38,827 nucleotides of DNA, from assembly GCA_039030355.1 (NCBI GenBank), contig JBCCEI010000003.1, positions 1 to 38,827 of the forward strand, given 5' to 3'. Below, piece by piece: positions 17,116-25,697 of the stretch. The DNA comes from Pseudomonadota bacterium (GTDB lineage Bacteria; Pseudomonadota; Gammaproteobacteria; UBA4575). Position 1 is the stretch's first letter. Each line of letters starts with the position of its first letter. The position numbers and the translations under genes are program-made. The notes below the pieces were generated by a model. The model saw only the letters and a program-made list of their open reading frames with translations. It did not search any database and was not told the DNA's origin.

Positions 17116-19001
17116 TGACTTCTCGTAAAACAATTGTTGAAGACGACATTGATATTCTTGTCGCAGGTGCCGGCATGGCTGGAACAGGTGCTGCGTTTGA
17201 AGCGCGCTATTGGGGCCAAGATAAAAAAGTAGTTATCGCGGAAAAAGCAAACATCGACCGTTCTGGTGCTGTTGCGCAAGGTCTGTATGCAATTAACACT
17301 TATATGGGCACCCGCTTTGGTGAGAATAATCCTGAAGATCATGTTCGTTATGCGCGAATTGATCTCATGGGTATGGTACGTGAAGATTTAGCATTTGATA
17401 TGGCACGCCATGTAGACTCGGCGGTGCACCAGTTTGAAGAATGGGGTTTACCACTGATGCGTGATCCTAAGACCGGTGCATATCAACGTGAAGGTCGTTG
17501 GCAGATCATGATTCATGGTGAGTCATACAAACCGATTGTTGCTGGTGCGGCGAAAAAATCTGCAGACGAAGTGTTCAATCGTATATGCCTAACACACTTT
17601 TTAATGGATGAATCAAAAGAAAACCGTGTTGCAGGTGCAGTGGGCTTCAATGTGCGTACTGGTAACTATCATGTGTTTAAATCTAAAACGGTTATTTGTG
17701 CTGCCGGTGGTGCATCTAATATATATAAGCCACGTTCAGTGGGTGAAGGTGCAGGACGTGTTTGGTATGCACCATGGTCATCTGGTTCCGCGTACGGATT
17801 GATGATTGGTGCCGGTGCCAAGATGACACAAATGGAAAATAAAATTGTATTGGCGCGTTTTAAAGATGGATATGGTCCGGTCGGTGCATACTTCTTACAT
17901 CTTAAAACCTACACACAAAACGGTCTGGGTGAAGAGTATGAATCAAAATGGTGGCCGTCCACGATGGAGATGGTGGGGAAAGAATATTTAGATCCGGAAG
18001 TTTCGCATAGAACACACCGACCTATTCCAACTTGTTTACGTAACCATGCATTTATTTCTGAAGTGAATGCAGGCCGTGGCCCAATTCACATGGTCACCAT
18101 GGAAGCGTTCCAAGATCCTCATTTAGAAGAGATCGGTTGGCACAACTTCCTCGGCATGACTGTGGGTCAGGCGGTACTTTGGGCGGCTACAGATGTTGAT
18201 CCTAAATACGAAAACCCTGAACTTACGACTTCCGAGCCTTATGTAATGGGTTCACATGCAACCGGTAGTGGTGCATGGTGTTCAGGTCCGGAAGATTTAT
18301 CACCACCAGAATACTTCTGGGGTTATAACCGTATGACTACAGTTGAAGGTTTGTTTGGTGCAGGTGATGCAGCGGGCGGTACGCCACATGCATTCTCATC
18401 TGGCTCCTTTACAGAAGGACGTTTGGCAGCCAAAGCGGCATGTCAGTACATCGATGATGGCAAAGCCGAAGGCATAACCGTTTCCCAGGACCAAATTGAG
18501 AGACGTAAAGCTGAAATATACAAGCCAATGGATCATTACAAGATTTATCGTAATGAGATCACTGCGGGCTCAGTTAATCCAAATTACATTAACCCACGTC
18601 AGGGTCTAGATCGCTTGCAGAAGCTGATGGATGAGTACTGTGGTGGTGTAACGGTTAACTATATGACCAATGAAAAACTTCTTAACATCGGTTTGAAGAA
18701 AATCAAAACATTGGAAGAAGACCTTGAGAAAATTGCAGCAGAAGATATACATGAATTACTTCGTGCATGGGAGCTCAAGCATCGCACCATGGCTTCTGAA
18801 GCGGTTTTACAACATACCTTATTCCGAAAAGAGACACGTTGGCCTGGTTACTACTATCGTGGCGATTTCATGAAAGTAGACGATCAGAACTGGCACGTAT
18901 TAACCGTTTCTCGACGTGACCCTGAAACTGGTGAGTACACCATGGAAAAAGCACCTTGCTATCACCTCGTAGGTGATGAAGAAAAGAAGGTTGCTGCTTA
19001 A
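17115..19001 (+). CDS. aprA: Adenylylsulfate reductase alpha subunit (lineage I, oxidative type)
   Basis: FAD motif GAGMAGTG, RSGAVAQGLYAINTY, WQIMIHGESYK, FSSGSFTEGR, RKETRWPGYY; TAATG overlap with aprB. Confidence 0.98.
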   Translation: MTSRKTIVEDDIDILVAGAGMAGTGAAFEARYWGQDKKVVIAEKANIDRSGAVAQGLYAINTYMGTRFGENNPEDHVRYARIDLMGMVREDLAFDMARHVDSAVHQFEEWGLPLMRDPKTGAYQREGRWQIMIHGESYKPIVAGAAKKSADEVFNRICLTHFLMDESKENRVAGAVGFNVRTGNYHVFKSKTVICAAGGASNIYKPRSVGEGAGRVWYAPWSSGSAYGLMIGAGAKMTQMENKIVLARFKDGYGPVGAYFLHLKTYTQNGLGEEYESKWWPSTMEMVGKEYLDPEVSHRTHRPIPTCLRNHAFISEVNAGRGPIHMVTMEAFQDPHLEEIGWHNFLGMTVGQAVLWAATDVDPKYENPELTTSEPYVMGSHATGSGAWCSGPEDLSPPEYFWGYNRMTTVEGLFGAGDAAGGTPHAFSSGSFTEGRLAAKAACQYIDDGKAEGITVSQDQIERRKAEIYKPMDHYKIYRNEITAGSVNPNYINPRQGLDRLQKLMDEYCGGVTVNYMTNEKLLNIGLKKIKTLEEDLEKIAAEDIHELLRAWELKHRTMASEAVLQHTLFRKETRWPGYYYRGDFMKVDDQNWHVLTVSRRDPETGEYTMEKAPCYHLVGDEEKKVAA

Positions 19002-19011
19002 GTCTTGGTAT

Positions 19012-19084
19012 CAAGAAGCCTCTATTTGTAGAGGTTTCTTGTTCTGATAGTAGAGAAAAGATCAACCTGTGTTGGTCTTTTTTC
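19012..19084 (+). terminator. Tandem hairpins/terminator after aprA
   Basis: CAAGAAGCCTCTA-tttg-TAGAGGTTTCTTG (19012-19041) and AAAAGATCAAC-ctgt-GTTGGTCTTTT plus T-tract (19056-19083). Confidence 0.75.
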
Positions 19085-19133
19085 ATTTTAGAAGCTTAAT
19101 AAATTTGATGTGTTAGTAAATTTAGAGTTGTAG

Positions 19134-19484
19134 ATGAATATTATTGAAAAAACTGACGATGAACTTCTGGAAATTGCCAACCCGATGTGGGATGACCTGA
19201 TTAAGTATTCTAACGAAGGTGAGTATGGAAAATTCATTCGCAAATTTTCCTACGATTTATTATTTGGGCTGAATGAAGTTGAGGTCGGCAAACAGTTTGC
19301 GCGCAGTGAGCTGACAAGAAACTTAAATACCGATTATGATTTTCTAGGATTTATTCGTCGTGGCGAACATGTGACGGTTTTATATCGTGTTACCAGTAGT
19401 AAGAAAGAAGGAGAATGGCTTGGCCGTATGGTACTAGGCTATGAAAAAGAAGAAGTTAGAATATTTGGCGCCTCAGTCTTTTAG
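19134..19484 (+). CDS. Hypothetical protein (possibly NTF2/DUF3887-like alpha+beta fold)
   Basis: 116 aa; helical N-terminus then three predicted beta strands. The fold call is a guess. Confidence 0.6.
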   Translation: MNIIEKTDDELLEIANPMWDDLIKYSNEGEYGKFIRKFSYDLLFGLNEVEVGKQFARSELTRNLNTDYDFLGFIRRGEHVTVLYRVTSSKKEGEWLGRMVLGYEKEEVRIFGASVF

Positions 19485-19508
19485 AAAGTTTTGAATATAG
19501 GTTCGCAT

Positions 19509-20048
19509 ATGAATGAAATAGTTAAAAATGTCATCTCTGATGAAAAATATGTTGAATTAACATACAAAGTCATCGACTTAAAAACTGAAGCAGTACTTAC
19601 CTCAGTTGAGTTTCCAATTGGCTATATTCATGGAGTTACCGAAGCACTTGCGCCACCCGTAACAGCAGCCTTGGCAGGTAAAGCGTCTGGTGATGTGATC
19701 GAAGTGCCTATTGATTGCAACAAAATCTATGGCCCGCGTGATGAGTCGCTAGTTTTTATTGATGATATTAACAATGTTCCAGAAGAGTATCGTGAAGTGG
19801 GCATGTCGATTTTGATGGAAAATGAGCAAGGCGATACAAAAAGTTTTCTTGTAACTCGGGTTGATGAAAAGTCGGTTACTATTGATGGCAATAATCCACT
19901 GTGTGGTCGCGAAGTCATTTTTAATTTAGAAATAATCAATGTTCGTGAGGCCACAGCTGAAGAAATTGAAGCAGGTGGCCCAGTAAATTCTGAGCCGGAT
20001 ATCAGTGAGATTGTAGGCGCTGATCAAAAAGTTCAGCGCATTAACTAG
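19509..20048 (+). CDS. SlyD-like FKBP peptidyl-prolyl isomerase without His-rich tail
   Basis: YIHG, YGPRDE, VTIDGNNPLCGREVIF, VREATAEEI. Confidence 0.88.
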   Translation: MNEIVKNVISDEKYVELTYKVIDLKTEAVLTSVEFPIGYIHGVTEALAPPVTAALAGKASGDVIEVPIDCNKIYGPRDESLVFIDDINNVPEEYREVGMSILMENEQGDTKSFLVTRVDEKSVTIDGNNPLCGREVIFNLEIINVREATAEEIEAGGPVNSEPDISEIVGADQKVQRIN

Positions 20049-20049
20049 T

Positions 20050-21159
20050 TTGCCTCAGAATCTATTTGCTGAAACGTTGTTAACACCTGGTTTAGGTGTG
20101 CCGATCGTTTGGCGCTTTGATAATAAAGCTCGTTATCTTATTGATCTACTCGATAGTGAATCGCCAGTGCGTCGAGCACTATCGCAGGCGATTGATCGTT
20201 ATGGCGAAACATTTTTTTCGCTGACACCTAACAAAGAATCACTCATCGAGTGGGCGAACTCGCAAAAGACATTACAAGATACAGCAGATATCCGTGAATT
20301 ACGTCTTGGTGGTGCGCATGTTTTCCAACAAGCCATCGAGCTCTTTCAGGGCATGCAAATGGAAGCGGATAAAGAAAGTGATGATGCGCATTGGTCTGCA
20401 ATTCATCACAATATAGGTGATGTAATGGGCTTCATTGGGCAGCGTAGCGGTAGTTCGCATTTTTTAGAACAAGCTGCCATGTCATACGAACAAGCATTGG
20501 AAGCACGCACATTTGAAACTACGCCTTATGAATGGGGTATCACGCAATACAATATGGGTGTCGTACTGCAAACACTCGGCCAACTTGAAGACGATCTAAA
20601 CTTATTAAAACAGGCTGGCGAAATATTTAAACAAGCTTCGACAGCATTAAAAAGAGAAGAACACCCTGAGGATTGGGCCTCTGCATTGCTAAGCGTAGGT
20701 AATGTACTTTGTTTGTTAGGCGTTCATCGACGTGGCCCGCGCACGTTGGAACAGTCTGTTGTTGTGATGCGTAATGCAATGGCCGAGCGTACACCAGATA
20801 AATCTGCTTATGCTTGGGCCATTACACAAAACAACTTAGCAGTTGCTTTGCAGTCATTGGGTACACATGAAGAAGACATTCAATCACTTGAAGAATCGAT
20901 TCCAATATACGATGCAACTTTAAAAGCATTACCAAAAGAAGAAGTACCCATGATATGGGCTATGGTTACATCGAACCGTGCTTCAGCCATGCATGCTTTG
21001 GCAAAGGAGTCAGATCATGTTGATATGGCAATAAAAGCTGCATCCGAATTTTCAGAAATTGCTGAATTATTTGCAAGTGCAGAATTAGTTGAATACCAAA
21101 AACTTGCTGAGCAGCGAAGAGATGAGTCAGAAATTTTAGTTAAACGGCTTCAGGTGTAA
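20050..21159 (+). CDS. Tetratricopeptide-repeat protein
   Basis: Repeated W-x-x-x-x-x-N-x-G/A helix pairs (WSAIHHNIG, WGITQYNMG, WAITQNNLA, WAMVTSNRA); TTG start 1 bp after the PPIase gene. Confidence 0.85.
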   Translation: MPQNLFAETLLTPGLGVPIVWRFDNKARYLIDLLDSESPVRRALSQAIDRYGETFFSLTPNKESLIEWANSQKTLQDTADIRELRLGGAHVFQQAIELFQGMQMEADKESDDAHWSAIHHNIGDVMGFIGQRSGSSHFLEQAAMSYEQALEARTFETTPYEWGITQYNMGVVLQTLGQLEDDLNLLKQAGEIFKQASTALKREEHPEDWASALLSVGNVLCLLGVHRRGPRTLEQSVVVMRNAMAERTPDKSAYAWAITQNNLAVALQSLGTHEEDIQSLEESIPIYDATLKALPKEEVPMIWAMVTSNRASAMHALAKESDHVDMAIKAASEFSEIAELFASAELVEYQKLAEQRRDESEILVKRLQV

Positions 21160-21170
21160 ATTCAATAACA

Positions 21171-22043
21171 ATGATCCGAACTTATTCCCAACGCTTGTTA
21201 ACGCCCTATTATGGGCTTGTGCAAATTGCAGAGACTGAACGTGCACGTGCATTAACTGTGGATGGGCAAACCTGGGAAATTCAATTTCTTCGTACGGGGA
21301 ATGGTGCACAAAGTCAAAGCCAAATTTACAGGCGAGCGGTCACTATTAGTGATCGTGAAATCAAGCAAAAAAAATTAGATTCACTATTGGATGATAGTTC
21401 TGTTGACGAACGAATTTTAGAATTAATTGAGTATCTTGCGGATATCTCGTTACCGTTTCCCGCAGCAGATATTCATGAGTATTGGTTACTAGATGCAAAG
21501 GAACAGGCCCCTTTAGCATTAATATTTTCTTGTAAAAATTCAGAACAAATGAACGCATATCCATCACGTCCAGAATGGACCGCATTACCGTCCGCTGTGA
21601 TGCCTATTGAATTGACTGAAGATGAAAAGTCCTATGCTTCCGCGCCGATAAATTATCGTTTAGAGCGTCTAGTTGCTGAGCGTGCTGGGATCAATCCAAA
21701 GGCAGATTGGTTTACAAGATGTACTAATGAAGAGCTAGAATTTCCGGCATTTATGTTGCGCGAGGATTGGCAAGAAGAAGAAAGTCATGATATGTGTCAA
21801 CGTTATCTAACGCGACAGGCGCCACGATTATTAATGCTGCATGGTTTAAGTCAGGAATTTAGGGCACAGTTGGAAAAGAATGCACGTCATTATGCGCTTG
21901 AAGTTGCACGCTTTTACCCACTTTACCCTGAAATTATTGATCAACCATTAATGAACGCCATACTAGTTGAGGCAAAGTTGCGAGGTACAACAGAAGATCA
22001 ACCATCATTGCATAATCGCAGAGATGGTATTCATTATCTTTAA
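21171..22043 (+). CDS. Hypothetical protein
   Basis: 290-aa ORF in operon-like spacing; no family recognised. Confidence 0.75.
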   Translation: MIRTYSQRLLTPYYGLVQIAETERARALTVDGQTWEIQFLRTGNGAQSQSQIYRRAVTISDREIKQKKLDSLLDDSSVDERILELIEYLADISLPFPAADIHEYWLLDAKEQAPLALIFSCKNSEQMNAYPSRPEWTALPSAVMPIELTEDEKSYASAPINYRLERLVAERAGINPKADWFTRCTNEELEFPAFMLREDWQEEESHDMCQRYLTRQAPRLLMLHGLSQEFRAQLEKNARHYALEVARFYPLYPEIIDQPLMNAILVEAKLRGTTEDQPSLHNRRDGIHYL

Positions 22044-22076
22044 TAACTTGTTACATGCATAACAATAGGAATTCAT

Positions 22077-22403
22077 ATGCAACAATATATTTTTATTTAT
22101 CTCGGTGGTGAACAACCCAGCAGCGAGGAAGAAGGTAAGAAACATTTTGAAAAATATCAAAAGTGGCTGGCTACATTAGGGGATTCAATTGTGAGTCCCG
22201 CTATTCCATTTAAGGATACGCACACTGTTCATACAGATGGTAGCACGCAACAAGGCACAACCACGCTAATGTCAGGCATGAGTATATTAAAGTTTGAGTC
22301 TATGCAGGCTGCTCTTGTTGCTGCAAAAGCGTGCCCATTTCTAGAAATTGGGGGCACACTAGAAGTCTCCGAAATGATTGAGATGTCTAAGGCTGTGAAT
22401 TAA
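22077..22403 (+). CDS. YCII/DGPF-family protein
   Basis: Motifs YLGG, W..LG, SGMSIL, AKACPFLEIGGTLEVSE; AGGA RBS. Confidence 0.8.
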   Translation: MQQYIFIYLGGEQPSSEEEGKKHFEKYQKWLATLGDSIVSPAIPFKDTHTVHTDGSTQQGTTTLMSGMSILKFESMQAALVAAKACPFLEIGGTLEVSEMIEMSKAVN

Positions 22404-22417
22404 AAATCGATAAGATC

Positions 22418-22732
22418 ATGACGCTTAAGTTGATTCAAAAACATATTTTATATGGCAGACGAGAATTCGAGTTACGTGATGATATTGTCAAAGTTAATGT
22501 TGTAAGCCTGCTGGATGAAAATAAAGATTTTGAAGTTGAGTTGGCAATGATCAATCCCGAACCTATCATCACCAAGTCACGAGTGGAGTTTCATAGTCGT
22601 GTGAAGTGTAGGCCGCTGCTTTCTTTATATATAAATAAGCCCAATGCAAAAGAATTTAATGCATTTGTGAATGCAATAAGAGAAAAGGCAGAAAATGATT
22701 TTAATACATTTGCAGGTATCAAAACGAGTTAA
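22418..22732 (+). CDS. Hypothetical protein, paralogue of the N-terminal domain of 22747-23391
   Basis: Shares QKH..G...E..DD, LA..NPEP.IT.S..EF.SRV...PLLSL...KPN..EFN.FVN....KA with the next ORF. Confidence 0.78.
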   Translation: MTLKLIQKHILYGRREFELRDDIVKVNVVSLLDENKDFEVELAMINPEPIITKSRVEFHSRVKCRPLLSLYINKPNAKEFNAFVNAIREKAENDFNTFAGIKTS

Positions 22733-22746
22733 CAATCTTTCTCGCT

Positions 22747-23391
22747 ATGCGTACAACACTAAAACAGAAGCATTTAATTAAAGGTACTACAGAATACGAG
22801 ATTTTTGATGATCATATTGTAATTCATGCAAAATCGAATTTTGGGCAGGAGAGTGGCGAAGCACTAACTGTAACATTGGCGGTGCTCAATCCAGAGCCGG
22901 TGATTACGCGATCACATTTGGAATTTGTTAGTCGTGTAAATGGTGAGCCACTGTTATCTTTAGCATTATCTAAGCCTAATGTGCGCGAGTTTAATGAATT
23001 CGTTAATACGCTTAAACAAAAAGCGCAGCAAGAATATGATGCAATATCTGGCCTTAGAGTTACTGCAAAACCTGTTATACCGAGTGGTAATTCTATTGAA
23101 GAACCACCCGAGTTTGATGAGGTTTCTCCAACAGATATCAGTAAAGATAAAAAAGTGAGTGTTGAAGGTGTGGAAAACGCAATCAATATGTTGAAACAAT
23201 ATGTAAATGACGAAGAGATTCAACCCCTAATAACAGCATTAACGTTACTAAAACAAGCGCCTGAAGATCATGCAAAATTGGTGAAGGTCGCAAGTGTATT
23301 TAATGAGCTTGGCTCTAGCCAAGGTGCCGTTCTAACGTATGCACCCTATATCACTATCATGCTTTCTGATGATCCGTTTGGCACTAGATAA
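22747..23391 (+). CDS. Hypothetical two-domain protein
   Basis: N-terminal domain as above, Pro/acidic linker, helical C-terminal domain ending QGAVLTYAPY...SDDPF. Confidence 0.78.
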   Translation: MRTTLKQKHLIKGTTEYEIFDDHIVIHAKSNFGQESGEALTVTLAVLNPEPVITRSHLEFVSRVNGEPLLSLALSKPNVREFNEFVNTLKQKAQQEYDAISGLRVTAKPVIPSGNSIEEPPEFDEVSPTDISKDKKVSVEGVENAINMLKQYVNDEEIQPLITALTLLKQAPEDHAKLVKVASVFNELGSSQGAVLTYAPYITIMLSDDPFGTR

Positions 23392-23519
23392 GTAGTTGAG
23401 TATTGGTTATCTATGCATATATTTTTACTATATAGACAAATAGGAATAGTCATTCAAGCGAGTTGGTTTGATAAAATTTGGTAATTAAACGAATTCTTAT
23501 ATCAAGCGGAAGGTGATTT

Positions 23520-23681
23520 ATGAGCGATGGAAATAACACAAGACCTAAGGTCCCCGAAGGTGTGACTGAGTACTATAAAACAACTCAGCAAGAGGCCAAT
23601 GAAAAAGGCTTTGTTGGTTATAAAACCACATGGAAGTCATTCCAGAAAGAAGCTGAATATCAAACACCAAAACGACCATAA
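23520..23681 (+). CDS. Small soluble protein, 53 aa (missed by the ORF track)
   Basis: MSDGNNTRPKVPEGVTEYYKTTQQEANEKGFVGYKTTWKSFQKEAEYQTPKRP*; strong GGAAGGTGA RBS; terminator 20 nt after the stop. Confidence 0.72.
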   Translation: MSDGNNTRPKVPEGVTEYYKTTQQEANEKGFVGYKTTWKSFQKEAEYQTPKRP

Positions 23682-23701
23682 GTATATTAGCATTAATGAA
23701 C

Positions 23702-23730
23702 AAAAAGCCCTCTTGATAGAGGGCTTTTTT
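23702..23730 (+). terminator. Rho-independent terminator
   Basis: AAAAAGCCCTCT-tgat-AGAGGGCTTTTTT. Confidence 0.88.
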
Positions 23731-23815
23731 ATGTTTGCCAATTTAGATGGCTTGGTCTGTTACAGATTTAACGTTATAGTCAAGCTTAAATACGCAATGT
23801 AGTTTCTTAATTATC

Positions 23816-25657
23816 ATGCAACAAGCATTAGCTGAACAAGAAGACCATCCACTAGCAGGCTCCAAAATGACCGGCTCAGATATTATTGTGCAAGTGCTTG
23901 CGCAAGAAGGCACTGATGTAATATTCGGTTACAGTGGCGGCGCCATATTACCTACCTACGATGCTGTGTTTCGTTTTAACGCGGAAACTAATGAGTCTAT
24001 GCCTTTAATTGTGCCGGCGAATGAGCAAGGAGCAGGTTTCATGGCAGCAGGTTATGCACGTGCAAGTGGCAAAGTCGGTGTAGTGATGGTGACTTCGGGG
24101 CCTGGTGCAACTAATACGGTTACTCCTGTGCGGGACTGCATGGCTGACTCAACGCCAATAGTTGTGATCAGTGGCCAAGTACCAACTCCTGCAATAGGCA
24201 GCGATGGTTTTCAGGAAGCACCCATTGCAAACATTATGGGCGCAGTAGCAAAACATATTTTTCTCGTAACAGATGCTGAAAAACTAGAGGCGACGATACG
24301 TACTGCATTTGAAATAGCTCGTACTGGCCGACCTGGGCCAGTAGTTATTGATATTCCAAAGGATGTGCAAAATTGGGAAGGAGTATTTCAGGGTAAAGGG
24401 CAATTACCAATACGTGGTTATCGTGAGCGTATTGAAGACGTAGCAGAAAATATTTTAAACGATAAAGATTGTGAAACTTTTTATCACGCGTTTAAAAAAT
24501 CTAAGCGACCATTAATTTATGCCGGAGGTGGCGTTATTAATGGCAATGCTGCAGATGAAGTACGTAACTTCGCAGATCAATTTAAAATTCCTGTTGTTAC
24601 TACGCTGATGGGCATTGGTGCATATGACACTACACAAGAACGTTCATTGCATATGTTAGGTATGCATGGCACTGCGTTTGCAAACTATGCTGTAGATGAT
24701 TGTGACTTTTTAATTGCTATTGGCGCACGTTTTGATGATCGTGTTGCAGCGGTACCGGCGAAATTTGCACCACGTGCAAAATATATTGCACATTTAGATG
24801 TTGATCCTTCTGAAATTCAAAAAGTTAAAAGTGTGGATTGGCACCATGTTGGTTTACTTCCACAAGCGATGCATAAGCTATGTGATTATGGTGTACACAC
24901 TGCAAAGATGAATAATGACTATTCTGCATGGCATGCACATATCACAAAACTTAAAAGCACATATGCGATGAATTACGATAGAGAATCGACTTATATACAG
25001 CCATACGCAGTAATTGAAGAGCTAAATAAGCATGCTGAAGGGAAAGCTGTGATCAGTACTGGTGTGGGCCAACACCAAATGTGGGCCGCACAATATTTTG
25101 ATTTTAAATCACCACGTCTATGGCTAACGTCTGGCAGCATGGGCACCATGGGTTTCGGTTTACCTGCTGCAATAGGTGCTCAATTTGCGAAACCAGACTT
25201 AGTTGTTATAGATATTGATGGAGATGCCAGCATTCGCATGAATTTAGGTGAACTTGAAACAGTTACTACTTATGATCTGCCAATCAAAATTGTTGTATTA
25301 AATAACTTGGGCGATGGCATGGTGAAGCAATGGCAAAAATTGTTTTTCAAAGGCAGATTATCTGCCAGTGACAAGTCTTTGCACAAAAAAGATTTTGTCA
25401 AAGCCGCAGAAGCGGACGGCTATGGCTACGCAGTACGGTTAGAAAATAAAGCGGAACTGCCCAAGGTGATCAAAGAATTTATAAATTTTAATGGCCCGGC
25501 ATTTTTAGAGGTGATGATCGATCCTGATGCTGGCGTTTACCCTATGGTAGGGCCTGGTATGAGTTATGATCAAATGATTACCGGCGATCATATCCCTACA
25601 CGTAATGCAGAGCTAACCAAGACTGATAAGGAAGTTGATTCGTCAGAAATGTTTTAG
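23816..25657 (+). CDS. ilvB: Acetolactate synthase large subunit (IlvB/IlvI family)
   Basis: FGYSGGAIL, TSGPGATN, FQE, LGMHG, RFDDRV, GVGQHQMW, GTMGFGLP, GMVKQWQ; ThDP motif GDAS...NN. Confidence 0.92.
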   Translation: MQQALAEQEDHPLAGSKMTGSDIIVQVLAQEGTDVIFGYSGGAILPTYDAVFRFNAETNESMPLIVPANEQGAGFMAAGYARASGKVGVVMVTSGPGATNTVTPVRDCMADSTPIVVISGQVPTPAIGSDGFQEAPIANIMGAVAKHIFLVTDAEKLEATIRTAFEIARTGRPGPVVIDIPKDVQNWEGVFQGKGQLPIRGYRERIEDVAENILNDKDCETFYHAFKKSKRPLIYAGGGVINGNAADEVRNFADQFKIPVVTTLMGIGAYDTTQERSLHMLGMHGTAFANYAVDDCDFLIAIGARFDDRVAAVPAKFAPRAKYIAHLDVDPSEIQKVKSVDWHHVGLLPQAMHKLCDYGVHTAKMNNDYSAWHAHITKLKSTYAMNYDRESTYIQPYAVIEELNKHAEGKAVISTGVGQHQMWAAQYFDFKSPRLWLTSGSMGTMGFGLPAAIGAQFAKPDLVVIDIDGDASIRMNLGELETVTTYDLPIKIVVLNNLGDGMVKQWQKLFFKGRLSASDKSLHKKDFVKAAEADGYGYAVRLENKAELPKVIKEFINFNGPAFLEVMIDPDAGVYPMVGPGMSYDQMITGDHIPTRNAELTKTDKEVDSSEMF

Positions 25658-25697
25658 AGCTTGCAGCTAATAATCTCGTCTTTCATAAAAAGTTAAT

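Noticed and set aside
23599-23802. 67-aa ORF in the supplied track
   Set aside because: Overlaps the better-supported 23520-23681 ORF and reads through a strong terminator.
23520-23815. Small ORF plus terminator as an ilv attenuator
   Set aside because: The 53-aa peptide has no Ile or Leu and only three scattered Val, and no antiterminator is evident; it looks like an independent gene.
23816-25657. Sulfoacetaldehyde acetyltransferase (Xsc), given the sulfur context
   Set aside because: Motifs RFDDRV, GQHQMW and GMVKQWQ are those of biosynthetic AHAS.
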